Shown: positions 1 through 8,423, counted from the stretch's first letter. The stretch is DNA of 64,000 bases from a virus (IMGVR_UViG_3300037419_003079), one strand, 5' to 3'. The notes: a model not told the origin generated them from the letters alone. Program-made: numbers and translations.

Positions 1-291
1 TTAGTTACTTTCTTCTTCATTAGTATCTTCCTCCTCTAATTCATTTAAGGTAACATTAGCAAAAGCACTTACCATGATATCATGTACTTTATTTTTTTCT
101 TCCTCATTTAAAGCCGATATTGTTTCAACAAAAACAAACAATGAATCTAATAAAATCAGGTCATTTCTAATCATGGCGATTACAAGACCAATAAAATTAT
201 ATACTCGAATATCTTCTCTTGTCTCTACTTCCTCTTGTGCTATGGCTTGAAACTCCATTAATTTATCAAGAATTAAATCTTTATTAAACAT
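1..291 (-). CDS. hypothetical acidic protein (96 aa), complete
   Basis: Minus-strand ORF with an AGGAGG RBS 7 nt upstream of the ATG at 291. The stop (TAA) is at 1-3. Confidence 0.55.
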   Translation of the reverse strand: MFNKDLILDKLMEFQAIAQEEVETREDIRVYNFIGLVIAMIRNDLILLDSLFVFVETISALNEEEKNKVHDIMVSAFANVTLNELEEEDTNEEESN

Positions 292-1298
292 TATCTGTCC
301 TCCTTCTTGTATTTTCCTTCTAGCAATACATCTCTAACTATTGCTATTTGTAGGATTTCGTTTATCTCGAATCCACCTGCCTTGGCATGACCGCCACCTG
401 AAAAGTACTTTCTAGCAATATCTTTTCCTAGGTCTATATTATCATGTTTTCCACGAAGACTTACCTTATTATTTCCAATATCAAAGATGGCTACAAAATC
501 AATTTCTTCTCCGTATTCTTCTGCAATAGCATTACCTAGCAGTGATACATTTTGCTCTGCAAAGACATAGGCAACATTATACGACCTTTCGGGTAGGGTT
601 AACTTATCAAACTTTACTTCTTGTTTCTTGTTCCATATGTATTTATTGATTCTGTGTTGTTCAATTTCAAGCAGTGTCAACTCTGTATCTGTGAATGTCG
701 GTAGTGGACTGCTAGAGAATCTTTCCACGAACTTTTCTCGTCCAATAATCCACAGTAGGTCATTTAATTCCTTAGGGTGGTCATCTTTGTAGATATTGTG
801 CCACTCCCAACAGTCGTATCGCCTAACTGTTTCAGCAAAGATTTTTAATTTTTCATTTCTTGCTATACTAGGCAAGTGCTTGTTACGAAGGAATTTGTAA
901 AACAAGCTAGTTCCACTTGCACCTACTTTTTCACGATAATAAGGGCTAGTAGGTATTACAGGATACATATCGCTTTCTTCAACTCTTACTTCGCACCAAG
1001 AATATCTCTCTGCTAACCATAATGCAGTTCCATGATGGTCAATCAAGTTTACAGTTGAAACTCCACCTCTATGTATTAAGTCTAACCTCTCAGCCACTTC
1101 TTCGCTAACGGAAATATCTGTAATAAAGATACGGTCATAGTCTGTTACTTTACTATTCTCTAAGAAATCTAGAATCTTTTCATTTACATCTACATAGTCA
1201 CAATATGTAACTTCTACATCTTTAAATGCTGTCTTTGCTACTACAGCACAGCCAATACCGTCTAAATCTGTATGAGTAAATAATTTAACCTTCACCAT
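291..1298 (-). CDS. DHH/DHHA1-family phosphoesterase (NrnA-like nanoRNase / pAp or cyclic-dinucleotide phosphodiesterase-like)
   Basis: 335-aa ORF. N-terminal DHH motif region (HTDLDGIGCA ... DHHG) and C-terminal DHHA1 GGGH motif (FSGGGHAKAGG). GGAGG RBS. Size matches NrnA/GdpP-catalytic-domain class, not RecJ. Confidence 0.8.
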   Translation of the reverse strand: MVKVKLFTHTDLDGIGCAVVAKTAFKDVEVTYCDYVDVNEKILDFLENSKVTDYDRIFITDISVSEEVAERLDLIHRGGVSTVNLIDHHGTALWLAERYSWCEVRVEESDMYPVIPTSPYYREKVGASGTSLFYKFLRNKHLPSIARNEKLKIFAETVRRYDCWEWHNIYKDDHPKELNDLLWIIGREKFVERFSSSPLPTFTDTELTLLEIEQHRINKYIWNKKQEVKFDKLTLPERSYNVAYVFAEQNVSLLGNAIAEEYGEEIDFVAIFDIGNNKVSLRGKHDNIDLGKDIARKYFSGGGHAKAGGFEINEILQIAIVRDVLLEGKYKKEDR

Positions 1299-1321
1299 AT
1301 CGCCTCCGATTTATTTTATAC

Positions 1322-1356
1322 ATATAATATAACACACGTTAGAAAGAAAAGTCAAG
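1322..1356 (-). promoter_or_regulatory. sigma-A-type promoter (TTGACT-17/18-TATATT) driving 291..1298
   Basis: Reverse complement reads CCTTGACTTTTCTTTCTAACGTGTGTTATATTAT. Same extended -35 (CCTTGACTTT) as the other early promoters. Confidence 0.6.
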
Positions 1357-1368
1357 GACAATCCCTGA

Positions 1369-1647
1369 CTATTTCTTACGATATTTGAGTACCATTAACA
1401 ACATTACGAACGCTAATCCTTCATTAAAGATTTCCGTCACCATGTAGCCCCAAACTCCTGAGGTCTTAAACACGATGACTGCGTTAACAACTAAACATGA
1501 TAATGCTAGATTAAGAATAATCCAAAATGCTAGGCTCATACCTGTTACATCTTTAGATTTAAATGTCTTTGCTATCTGAGGTAAGTAGCAAATGCCTAAT
1601 AAGATACCTGCAATACTAGGTAACAAGTTTAATAGAAAATTTTGCAT
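1369..1647 (-). CDS. PQ-loop (SemiSWEET/MtN3-like) small membrane protein
   Basis: 92 aa with three predicted TM segments and an LPQI motif in TM1 (CYLPQIAKTF). AAGGAGAG RBS. Stop/start overlap (TAATG) with the upstream gene. Confidence 0.5.
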   Translation of the reverse strand: MQNFLLNLLPSIAGILLGICYLPQIAKTFKSKDVTGMSLAFWIILNLALSCLVVNAVIVFKTSGVWGYMVTEIFNEGLAFVMLLMVLKYRKK

Positions 1648-2051
1648 TATTTAAACTCTCCTTCGTCCTTGCTTGCACCTGTGTAGTATACTTGGGCTAG
1701 GTGTAAATCAAGCAATTCTTTATTTAGATTCTTCCATACTCCATTGTCTAGATAAAAGATAGTTCCTAAGTATCTGCTAAAGCTACCATCTTTAAATTTA
1801 ATGCTCTCTACAGCCATTTGCTTGCCCTCTAGAGTGGTTTTAACATGCTCCTTAGCCTTACTAGCTAGGGCTTTCCTTTCGGCTGTTTTAGAGCCAATCT
1901 CAGCAGTATTAATGCCATCTAGTCGGAATGTGATTCTTCTTAAATCATCAAAACCGTTTTCTACTAGTACTGTTAGTGTGTCTCCATCATGAATGTCAAT
2001 AATAGAATGAATATCTCGTCTGAATGTATCAAAATACTGCTTAGTTGCCAT
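1647..2051 (-). CDS. staphylococcal/micrococcal nuclease (SNase)-like protein
   Basis: 134 aa. HDGDTLTV ... RLDGINTAEIG matches the SNase DGDT...R(L)xGID(T/A)PE catalytic core. Confidence 0.6.
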   Translation of the reverse strand: MATKQYFDTFRRDIHSIIDIHDGDTLTVLVENGFDDLRRITFRLDGINTAEIGSKTAERKALASKAKEHVKTTLEGKQMAVESIKFKDGSFSRYLGTIFYLDNGVWKNLNKELLDLHLAQVYYTGASKDEGEFK

Positions 2052-2063
2052 TATGTATTCTCC

Positions 2064-2663
2064 TTAGTTGTATTGTTCTTTTAATTCTTTATAATATTTT
2101 CTGCATACAGGAAGATAGTTATTTCCGGGAGCAACTTGGTCTCCTTCAAATACTGGCTTTCCTGTTGCGTCATCTATACGCATATTGAAGATGGCTTTTC
2201 CTCCACAACAAGGACATATAGTTTTAAATTCTTGGAACTTATCTGCTATTTCAAATAGTCTCCTACTGCCTTCAAATAAGTTTCCAAACGAATCTGTCCT
2301 AAGACCATAAGCCATAACTGGAATATCGAATCTATCTACAATCTCTCCTAGTTCTTCCACTTGCTCTCTAGTTAGAAATTGAGCCTCGTCAACTAGGACA
2401 ACCGATATATCAAGTGATTCCATACTATCTAAGAATCTCATATAGTCTAATAGTAGATTTCCTCTGTCGTTATCAAGAACCATATCTACTTTACGCTTAA
2501 TATCTAATGCTCTTGATATTACATAAGCACCATCTCTTGTGTCTAGTTTGGGCTTTACGACTAGTACTCTGTGATTTCTTTCTTCGTAGTTGTGTGCAAC
2601 CATGAGTAATTGTGCTGATTTACTTGCGTTCATTGGTGCGTGAATCCAGTGTAGACTAGCCAT
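2064..2663 (-). CDS. tdk: thymidine kinase
   Basis: 199 aa. P-loop region plus C-terminal zinc ribbon (CPCCGGKA ... PVCRKYY) typical of type II TK. The DEAQF motif is present. Confidence 0.9.
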   Translation of the reverse strand: MASLHWIHAPMNASKSAQLLMVAHNYEERNHRVLVVKPKLDTRDGAYVISRALDIKRKVDMVLDNDRGNLLLDYMRFLDSMESLDISVVLVDEAQFLTREQVEELGEIVDRFDIPVMAYGLRTDSFGNLFEGSRRLFEIADKFQEFKTICPCCGGKAIFNMRIDDATGKPVFEGDQVAPGNNYLPVCRKYYKELKEQYN

Positions 2664-2952
2664 TATAAGTCACCTCCTCATATGTCTCATAAAATATGTT
2701 TTCTTTACATGGGTAAGTTTCACCCATTACTCCTGTAATAATAAAATCACCTTCTGACACGAGCATATGTCCTTCAAGAGTAGGTATGTAGTATCTTCCA
2801 TCTTTAGCAGACTTAGAACCCCACAGACCACTAAGACTAGCGTGGTCTCTTATAGTAGGGTATTTTGAACTGTCTTTTATGTATTCATCTTCAAAGAATT
2901 GGATTGCGTCAATAACAACTGGTTTCTTTCTGTATTTCTTATTCTCAGCCAT
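2656..2952 (-). CDS. hypothetical protein (98 aa)
   Basis: ORF translationally coupled to tdk (8-nt overlap). It lies in the same operon. Confidence 0.55.
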   Translation of the reverse strand: MAENKKYRKKPVVIDAIQFFEDEYIKDSSKYPTIRDHASLSGLWGSKSAKDGRYYIPTLEGHMLVSEGDFIITGVMGETYPCKENIFYETYEEVTYNG

Positions 2953-3349
2953 TGTACAACTCTCCTAATATTTCAGGGAAAATCTCTGACCAGTCATCAC
3001 TTATTCTTTCAATGTCGCTTTCTTCGCACTCACTTCCAAATTGAATTTCCATAAATTCCAATCCTCTATCTAGTGCCTTAACACTATGCAGACTTCCAAT
3101 TGGAATATCCATATTAGAACCTTGTTTTACAAATCTTACTTCTCCATCTTGCACAAAAAGTCCTTCTCCATTAATAACTGTCCATACTTCTTGACGGTGA
3201 AAATGTTTTTGATAACTAATGTGACAATGTGGATTAACAAAGATTCGTTTAATCTTGCAATGCTTTCTGCCTCTGATTTGAAAATTAAGTACTTCATAGC
3301 TACCCCATCTAGTAGGGATAATTGTGTTTAATTCTTCATTTTTAATCAT
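2945..3349 (-). CDS. cupin-fold protein
   Basis: 134 aa. The HxH...E...H-like region (HCHISYQKHFHRQEVWTVINGEG ... SLHSVKA) is consistent with a cupin metal site. Confidence 0.55.
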   Translation of the reverse strand: MIKNEELNTIIPTRWGSYEVLNFQIRGRKHCKIKRIFVNPHCHISYQKHFHRQEVWTVINGEGLFVQDGEVRFVKQGSNMDIPIGSLHSVKALDRGLEFMEIQFGSECEESDIERISDDWSEIFPEILGELYNG

Positions 3350-3381
3350 ATCAAGTACCTCCGTTTTTGTTTATATTTATA

Positions 3382-3409
3382 TTATAAATGTTTTATAAAA
3401 AATTGTCAA
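3382..3409 (-). promoter_or_regulatory. sigma-A consensus promoter (TTGACA-17-TATAAT) for the cupin-tdk-nuclease-PQ operon
   Basis: Reverse complement reads CCTTGACAATTTTTTATAAAACATTTATAATAT. Confidence 0.75.
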
Positions 3410-3471
3410 GGAATAATATTTGAATAACTACATATAATATTATTGGAGAGGCTGTGCCATTAGTCCTGTCC

Positions 3472-3501
3472 TTGACAAAACGTGTGTTCTTATGGTAAAA
3501 T
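3472..3501 (+). promoter_or_regulatory. divergent sigma-A promoter (TTGACA-18-TAAAAT) for 3524..3796
   Basis: CTTGACAAAACGTGTGTTCTTATGGTAAAATAG sits ~25 nt upstream of the RBS of the plus-strand gene. Confidence 0.65.
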
Positions 3502-3523
3502 AGACTCATAAGGAGTGATATAA

Positions 3524-3796
3524 ATGGCAAACAATAGAGACAATAAAATAGTACACATCGACCCAATATATATAAAATACCGTAAGATGTGGAAAGAAAA
3601 CAGATGGCAGTTCAGTGGAGATTTGGTTAAGTTAACAATAAAGCAAAACAAAGTTGGATTAGACAATATAGAGAAACATGCTATGGATACGATGAATAGA
3701 GTGATTAACGAAAACGATGGTAAATGGACAGAAGGATATGAATACGATAACGGTATACTTAGTAAGATAAAAAATAATAGAGATAAGAAGAAATGA
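3524..3796 (+). CDS. hypothetical basic protein (90 aa)
   Basis: Own promoter, AAGGAG RBS and own terminator. It is the only plus-strand gene in the left arm. Confidence 0.6.
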   Translation: MANNRDNKIVHIDPIYIKYRKMWKENRWQFSGDLVKLTIKQNKVGLDNIEKHAMDTMNRVINENDGKWTEGYEYDNGILSKIKNNRDKKK

Positions 3797-3821
3797 CCAC
3801 TTTATAGTGGTTATTTTTTTG
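3796..3821 (+). terminator. rho-independent terminator
   Basis: ACCACTTTATAGTGGT stem-loop followed by TATTTTTTT. Confidence 0.75.
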
Positions 3822-3835
3822 TTTAAATTTCCCTT

Positions 3836-3868
3836 TAAAAAAAGAGCCTAAGTAAATTACTTGGCTCT
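3836..3868 (-). terminator. rho-independent terminator after DHFR gene
   Basis: AGAGCC...GGCTCT stem overlapping the stop codon. A7 on the plus strand gives U7 on the minus-strand transcript. Confidence 0.65.
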
Positions 3869-4339
3869 ATCGTAAACTTCAAATATTAAGTCATATCCAT
3901 TATCAACTTCATGAGTTCTTCTTAATTCCTTCCACTCACTGAAATCTACCATAGGGAAGTAAGCGTCAGCACCTTCTATAACAGTGTGAACATTTGTTAT
4001 GTATAGTCTATCTGCATACGGTAAAAATTGTTCATATATACTAGAACCACCAATTATAAATGTATCTAAAAATTGAGACTCTTTAGCTGTCTTTAAAACC
4101 TTATCTATATCATCAGTAACGACAATGTTATCTGTTTCTTTCATAGTTTTACTTAATACTACATTGATTCGGTTTGGTAGTGGCTTTCCTATACTTTCAT
4201 AGGTATTCCTACCCATTACCACTATATGACCTTCTGTTATACGCTTAAAGTAAGCTAGGTCTTTTGGCAAGTGCCAAGGTAGTTCATTGTTCTTTCCTAT
4301 TGCATTTTTTCTGTCCTTACATACGATTAAATTAATCAT
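3857..4339 (-). CDS. folA: dihydrofolate reductase
   Basis: 160 aa. N-terminus MINLIVCKDRKNAIGKNNELPWHLPKDLAYFKRIT is a classic DHFR signature. Confidence 0.9.
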   Translation of the reverse strand: MINLIVCKDRKNAIGKNNELPWHLPKDLAYFKRITEGHIVVMGRNTYESIGKPLPNRINVVLSKTMKETDNIVVTDDIDKVLKTAKESQFLDTFIIGGSSIYEQFLPYADRLYITNVHTVIEGADAYFPMVDFSEWKELRRTHEVDNGYDLIFEVYDRAK

Positions 4340-4523
4340 CTCTTTCTGCCTCCTTGCTGACCATTGCTGATATTACCTCTATAATTCCTAATAGTATTAA
4401 AGATAAGGTGTGGGACATTGCGACACAAACTATCTCGCTAACATCTCTAGATACAAAAGAAGTTCTCACCGAGAATAAAGCTATAACGGTAAGAACTATC
4501 CTTGCAAAATTAAACCTACTCAA
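4332..4523 (-). CDS. possible small membrane protein between thyA and folA
   Basis: 63-aa hydrophobic ORF that exactly fills the thyA-folA gap and overlaps both neighbours. It has only a TTG start and no clear RBS. Confidence 0.3.
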   Translation of the reverse strand: MSRFNFARIVLTVIALFSVRTSFVSRDVSEIVCVAMSHTLSLILLGIIEVISAMVSKEAERDD

Positions 4524-5447
4524 CTACAAACCTACAGACACATTACCTTTAATTGGAGGAAATGGGTCATATCCTTCTATTTCAAAATCATCAACTTTAT
4601 AATCGAAGATACTATCAGGTTTTCTTTTGATTATCAATTTAGGTAACTCTTTAGGTTCTCTAGTTAATTGTAATTTTACTTGCTCAATATGATTATTGTA
4701 GATATGAGCGTCACCTATTGTATGTACGAAATCTCCTACTTCTAAATCACATTGTTGTGCTATCATATGAGTTAATAGTGCATAACTTGCAATATTATAA
4801 GGGATTCCTAAGAATACATCTCCTGAACGCTGATATAACTGACAAGATAACTTTCCATCAGCTACATAGAACTGGAATAAAACATGACATGGTGGTAAAG
4901 CCATTTCTTCAATCTGTCCTACATTCCATGCACTAACAATTAATCTTCGACTGTTAGGGTTTATATTGATTTGTTCAATAAGATTTGAGATTTGGTCAAT
5001 GGTAACTGCTACAAACATTTCGTCATCGTAGTTAAATTCTGAATCAGCATACCAACTTCTCCATTGAGAACCGTAGATAGGTCCGAGGTCTCCCTCCCAT
5101 ATCTTGTGGTCATAGTCTCTAATCATTTGAACATATTCTTTTTGATTAAGTTCTGTATTAGGGAATCTTTCTTTGAAGTTTCTGTATGCGTCAGGATTCC
5201 ATATATTAACTCCATTGTCAACTAGATATTTAATATTTGTGTCTCCTTCTAAGAACCAAAGTAGTTCATGAATAATTCCTTGTAATCTAACTCCACTCAT
5301 ATCTTTTGTTGTCATAAGTGGAAATCCTTTTGATAAGTCATATCTCATTTGATATCCGAAAACTGAGATAGTTCCTGTTCCTGTTCTATCTCCTTTTTGT
5401 GTTCCGTTTTCTAATATGTGACTACATAAGTCATGATATTGTTTCAT
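4524..5447 (-). CDS. thyA: thymidylate synthase (ThyA family)
   Basis: 307 aa with a PPCH catalytic-Cys motif ([13 protein letters not shown]). The adjacent DHFR argues for a genuine dTMP synthase. Confidence 0.85.
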   Translation of the reverse strand: MKQYHDLCSHILENGTQKGDRTGTGTISVFGYQMRYDLSKGFPLMTTKDMSGVRLQGIIHELLWFLEGDTNIKYLVDNGVNIWNPDAYRNFKERFPNTELNQKEYVQMIRDYDHKIWEGDLGPIYGSQWRSWYADSEFNYDDEMFVAVTIDQISNLIEQININPNSRRLIVSAWNVGQIEEMALPPCHVLFQFYVADGKLSCQLYQRSGDVFLGIPYNIASYALLTHMIAQQCDLEVGDFVHTIGDAHIYNNHIEQVKLQLTREPKELPKLIIKRKPDSIFDYKVDDFEIEGYDPFPPIKGNVSVGL

Positions 5448-5785
5448 TGTAACCTCTCCTTGATAGACTGATAAACATCGTCCTTTACTTTGTATACTGC
5501 AACTGTTTTATTTGTAACTAAACACTGTCTTTTTCCAATTACTTCGACAATGCCCATAGATTCCATTTCGTTTAATCTAGGGTGTGTATTGTTACGCTCA
5601 GGAGAGCGAAAGAAACCAATGCTGTGCATTTCAGTTGCTAACTCACTAGCAGTTACTCCTTGTGGGAAACAAAGCAACTCAGTGAAGACCTGAGATTGCC
5701 TAGTTCCTAATGTTTTAATAACTTCGTTAAATGACTTTCGTCTAGTTTGATTAGTTATCATATTAAAAACCTCCAAAGTCACCAA
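5444..5785 (-). CDS. winged-helix (MarR/ArsR/PadR-like) DNA-binding protein
   Basis: 113 aa. Helix-turn-helix-like segment (TASELATEM) followed by a beta wing. It overlaps thyA by 4 nt. Confidence 0.45.
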   Translation of the reverse strand: MVTLEVFNMITNQTRRKSFNEVIKTLGTRQSQVFTELLCFPQGVTASELATEMHSIGFFRSPERNNTHPRLNEMESMGIVEVIGKRQCLVTNKTVAVYKVKDDVYQSIKERLQ

Positions 5786-6026
5786 AATTCTTAATTATTC
5801 TACTTGAAATAGCGTTCCAATCGTCTATATGAACTACTGCTGACTTGTCAACAAAGATATTTCCACCATATGTAGATAATTCAACTGAGTATCCACTAGG
5901 CATACTAGGGTCAAATGTAACATCTACCACAGAATACTTATGTCCTATTTTTCCTATAAAAGGTGCTTCATAACTTCTAATATCCATTAGCAGTACAGCA
6001 ACTACTCCTGCCTCAACTTTTCTCAT
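5763..6026 (-). CDS. hypothetical protein (87 aa)
   Basis: ORF overlapping the downstream gene. It is inside the operon. Confidence 0.5.
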   Translation of the reverse strand: MRKVEAGVVAVLLMDIRSYEAPFIGKIGHKYSVVDVTFDPSMPSGYSVELSTYGGNIFVDKSAVVHIDDWNAISSRIIKNFGDFGGF

Positions 6027-6028
6027 GA

Positions 6029-6169
6029 TTACTCACCTCGCATATCTATAATATCTAGAATAGTCTCTTGTAATGACTCGTTGATTCCTGCTTTATCACA
6101 AGCTTTTTTAAACTCACTTAAAGGAAGTTCATTTACCAATCTCACTAATAATTGTTCTAAATTAATCAT
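6029..6169 (-). CDS. small hypothetical protein (46 aa)
   Basis: Not in the ORF track (<60 aa). GGAGG RBS 8 nt before the ATG at 6169. Its stop lies 3 nt before the next gene's start. Confidence 0.4.
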   Translation of the reverse strand: MINLEQLLVRLVNELPLSEFKKACDKAGINESLQETILDIIDMRGE

Positions 6170-6211
6170 AATATCTACCTCCGAAAATTTATTTGATTTT
6201 TTGTTACACGT

Positions 6212-6240
6212 TTAAAGGAGGGAAAACCCTCCTCGTATTA
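6212..6240 (-). terminator. hairpin/weak terminator after ClpP-like gene
   Basis: GGAGGG-AAAA-CCCTCC stem, then UUUAAAC on the minus-strand transcript. Confidence 0.35.
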
Positions 6241-6855
6241 AAACTCTAAGCTTGAGATTAACTCGTCTGCTACACCTAATTCAATAGATTCGTCACCGAA
6301 GAAGAACCATTCTTCTTTGTACTTATCTTTGTATTGCTCAGGAGTAATCTTTGTGTTGCCTAAGATATAAGCCTTAACTCGTTCCTCTTGACGCTTTTGA
6401 AACTCAACTTGGTCGATAACCTGACCTGTAGTTCCTGACGCACCTGATGAACCTTGGTGAATTAAGACTACTGAATCTTTGTAAGTGAAACGCTTATGTC
6501 CTGCGATAAAGATTAATCCTCCTGCTGACCAAGCCTTACCTAAGTTATATGTATAAACAGGTGTTTTACTTAACTGAATAGTATTGATGATAGTATTACA
6601 TGCTACTAAATCTCCACCGTAACAGTTGATAAAAATCTTAATTGGTTTGCGTTGCTCAACTGGTAAGTCTTTGTCTTCTTTGTTATAGCGAATGATATGT
6701 TCAGCGATTTCTGCGATAATATCGTCTTCAACTACTTCGGGCAAGTATAACTCACGGTTCTCAAGTTTTTCTGCATATAGTAATTCGTCAACCTTTGATG
6801 TTGTGTTCATGTTTCCTAATTGTAGTAATAATTTGTTTTGATTCATGCCATTCAC
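6238..6855 (-). CDS. ClpP-like serine protease (Clp protease proteolytic subunit family, paralog 1)
   Basis: 205 aa. Ser-His-Asp arrangement: KAWSAGG (Ser) and LIHQGSSG (His). Not at the prohead-protease position. Confidence 0.75.
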   Translation of the reverse strand: MNGMNQNKLLLQLGNMNTTSKVDELLYAEKLENRELYLPEVVEDDIIAEIAEHIIRYNKEDKDLPVEQRKPIKIFINCYGGDLVACNTIINTIQLSKTPVYTYNLGKAWSAGGLIFIAGHKRFTYKDSVVLIHQGSSGASGTTGQVIDQVEFQKRQEERVKAYILGNTKITPEQYKDKYKEEWFFFGDESIELGVADELISSLEF

Positions 6856-6884
6856 CTCGTAAGTTTATTTTGTATTATACTTAT

Positions 6885-6913
6885 ATTATAACTCAACTTT
6901 CTTTGAAAGTCAA
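6885..6913 (-). promoter_or_regulatory. sigma-A consensus promoter (TTGACT-17-TATAAT)
   Basis: Reverse complement reads CCCTTGACTTTCAAAGAAAGTTGAGTTATAATATAAG. Confidence 0.75.
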
Positions 6914-6922
6914 GGGATAATC

Positions 6923-7396
6923 CTAAAAAGATGGTACTAACATTTTAAGTGCACTTCCTAGTGTAACTAGTACGCCTACTACCAATGTAGGAGTTACAAT
7001 CTGTGGTTTTTCCTGCTCAACTACAGGAGCACTAGGTTCGTGATGAAACTTTACTTTTATTGATGATGTTTCTGTATTCGTTATGTATTCAACCTTAGGT
7101 GTATGTAATAATCCTTTTATGTGTTCTTGTTGCTCAACAACTATGTTATGTAATCCAGTATTTTCATTATGTAATAAAGAATTTTGTGCCTCTAGCTGAC
7201 TTACATGGTCTTGAAGTGAGTTAATCTCTACACTTTGCTGATGATTGTGTTTAACTAGTATGTCTATGTATTTACTAAGGTCACTTATGTATTTCCAAAG
7301 TATAAGGATTAACAGGACAATCAATGCAATAATTATGAATCTGATTATTATTTTGCGATACATCTTCTTTAAGATTTTGTCGCCTTTTCTTTTCAT
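6923..7396 (-). CDS. membrane-anchored coiled-coil protein
   Basis: 157 aa with an N-terminal TM segment (IIIRFIIIALIVLLILILW), a heptad-rich middle and a C-terminal hydrophobic segment. Confidence 0.55.
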   Translation of the reverse strand: MKRKGDKILKKMYRKIIIRFIIIALIVLLILILWKYISDLSKYIDILVKHNHQQSVEINSLQDHVSQLEAQNSLLHNENTGLHNIVVEQQEHIKGLLHTPKVEYITNTETSSIKVKFHHEPSAPVVEQEKPQIVTPTLVVGVLVTLGSALKMLVPSF

Positions 7397-7425
7397 TGTT
7401 ATCGCCTCCTGTTATCTTATAATTG

Positions 7426-7456
7426 TATTATAACTTTATTCTGTGGAAAAAGTCAA
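7426..7456 (-). promoter_or_regulatory. sigma-A promoter (TTGACT-17/18-TATAAT)
   Basis: Reverse complement reads CCTTGACTTTTTCCACAGAATAAAGTTATAATAC. Confidence 0.7.
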
Positions 7457-7608
7457 GGATAAAATTGATAAAAACTTCAAGGAAATAATAGAATATTATC
7501 GGTATGCAAAGTGACTCTACTACTCCGAAATCCGTATAAAAGAATAATAGTGCCGATGGAAGTAAAAGGAATATAATTATTTTTAAAATCATCATAATAT
7601 CTGACATA

Positions 7609-7914
7609 TTAATCGTGGTGGTGATGATGTGCTATTCCTAAAGCAAATCCAACTGCTAATGAGAATAGTCCAAAAATCACATTTTCAATATTAGGCAACA
7701 TTATTGCCCACATAGTCAACGCTTTATCTACTCCGTTTACAAACAACATACTAGTTATAGTGCTTACTCCAAATGCTTTGAACACTCCAACAGAACCTAT
7801 ACACGCTACTATTAAGTGAATAACTCCTTCAATACCATTTAATATAGCCATACTATTATACAACCATTTACCAAACTTGTTTTCAAAAAAGAAATGTTTT
7901 AATTTGTTTTTCAT
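7609..7914 (-). CDS. small membrane protein with natural C-terminal His5 tail
   Basis: 101 aa with 2-3 TM segments, ending ...GIAHHHHHD. AAGGAGG RBS. Confidence 0.6.
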   Translation of the reverse strand: MKNKLKHFFFENKFGKWLYNSMAILNGIEGVIHLIVACIGSVGVFKAFGVSTITSMLFVNGVDKALTMWAIMLPNIENVIFGLFSLAVGFALGIAHHHHHD

Positions 7915-8423
7915 ATAATAACTACCTCCTTAATTCCTTTAACTTCTTTTCTAACTATTTCTATAGGTACAGCATAACCGTAGCTATGATAAAGAACTTT
8001 ATTGCCACTCCTTGTTGCCAACTTTTTCTTGTCGAATCTATCCATGTTTTTTATGAACCACTCTCTAGTAGATGGCATAGGAAGTATGTAGATTGTACTG
8101 CTCTTTACAAAATAATAATGTAAGTAGTCTGCACAGGTATACATAAAACAACCTTGAGTTCCTTTAGTTGCGTTACTAATTGTCTCAAAAAAGAAATTTC
8201 CACTTTCATATGTATCAGACTTAACCTCTATGTTAACAACATTTCTGTTGGTTATATGGATTAAATCTATGTCAAACTCTTGAAACGCTTTGTCATCTTC
8301 TACATTCATTACGTCTATCGTTTCTTCGAGTGAAAAAAGATAATGACTTACCCTATCAATAGCTATCTTTGAAACATCATATTGTTTATTGAAGTCGTAA
8401 GTTTTAATAGCTAAACACCTCAA
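7911..8423 (-). CDS. hypothetical protein, possible PD-(D/E)xK nuclease fold
   Basis: 170 aa. D...E-x-K-like core (DIDLIHI ... NIEVKSD). TTG start. 20-nt overlap with the upstream gene. Confidence 0.4.
   Translation of the reverse strand: MRCLAIKTYDFNKQYDVSKIAIDRVSHYLFSLEETIDVMNVEDDKAFQEFDIDLIHITNRNVVNIEVKSDTYESGNFFFETISNATKGTQGCFMYTCADYLHYYFVKSSTIYILPMPSTREWFIKNMDRFDKKKLATRSGNKVLYHSYGYAVPIEIVRKEVKGIKEVVII

Noticed and set aside
1801-1992. Plus-strand ORFs antisense to confirmed minus-strand genes (1801..1992, 3086..3331, 4354..4602, 4718..4936, 5490..5693, 7245..7433, 9209..9430, 10607..10861, 13338..13595, 14175..14485, 16108..16608, 16822..17034).
   Set aside because: All are embedded opposite strongly supported genes. 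They lack RBSs, and their biased low-complexity translations are typical of antisense frames in AT-rich DNA.
7460-7608. ~60-aa hydrophobic minus-strand ORF starting ATGATG at 7598.
   Set aside because: It has no RBS, it reads through the downstream promoter, and it is likely the 3' UTR of the His-tail protein gene.
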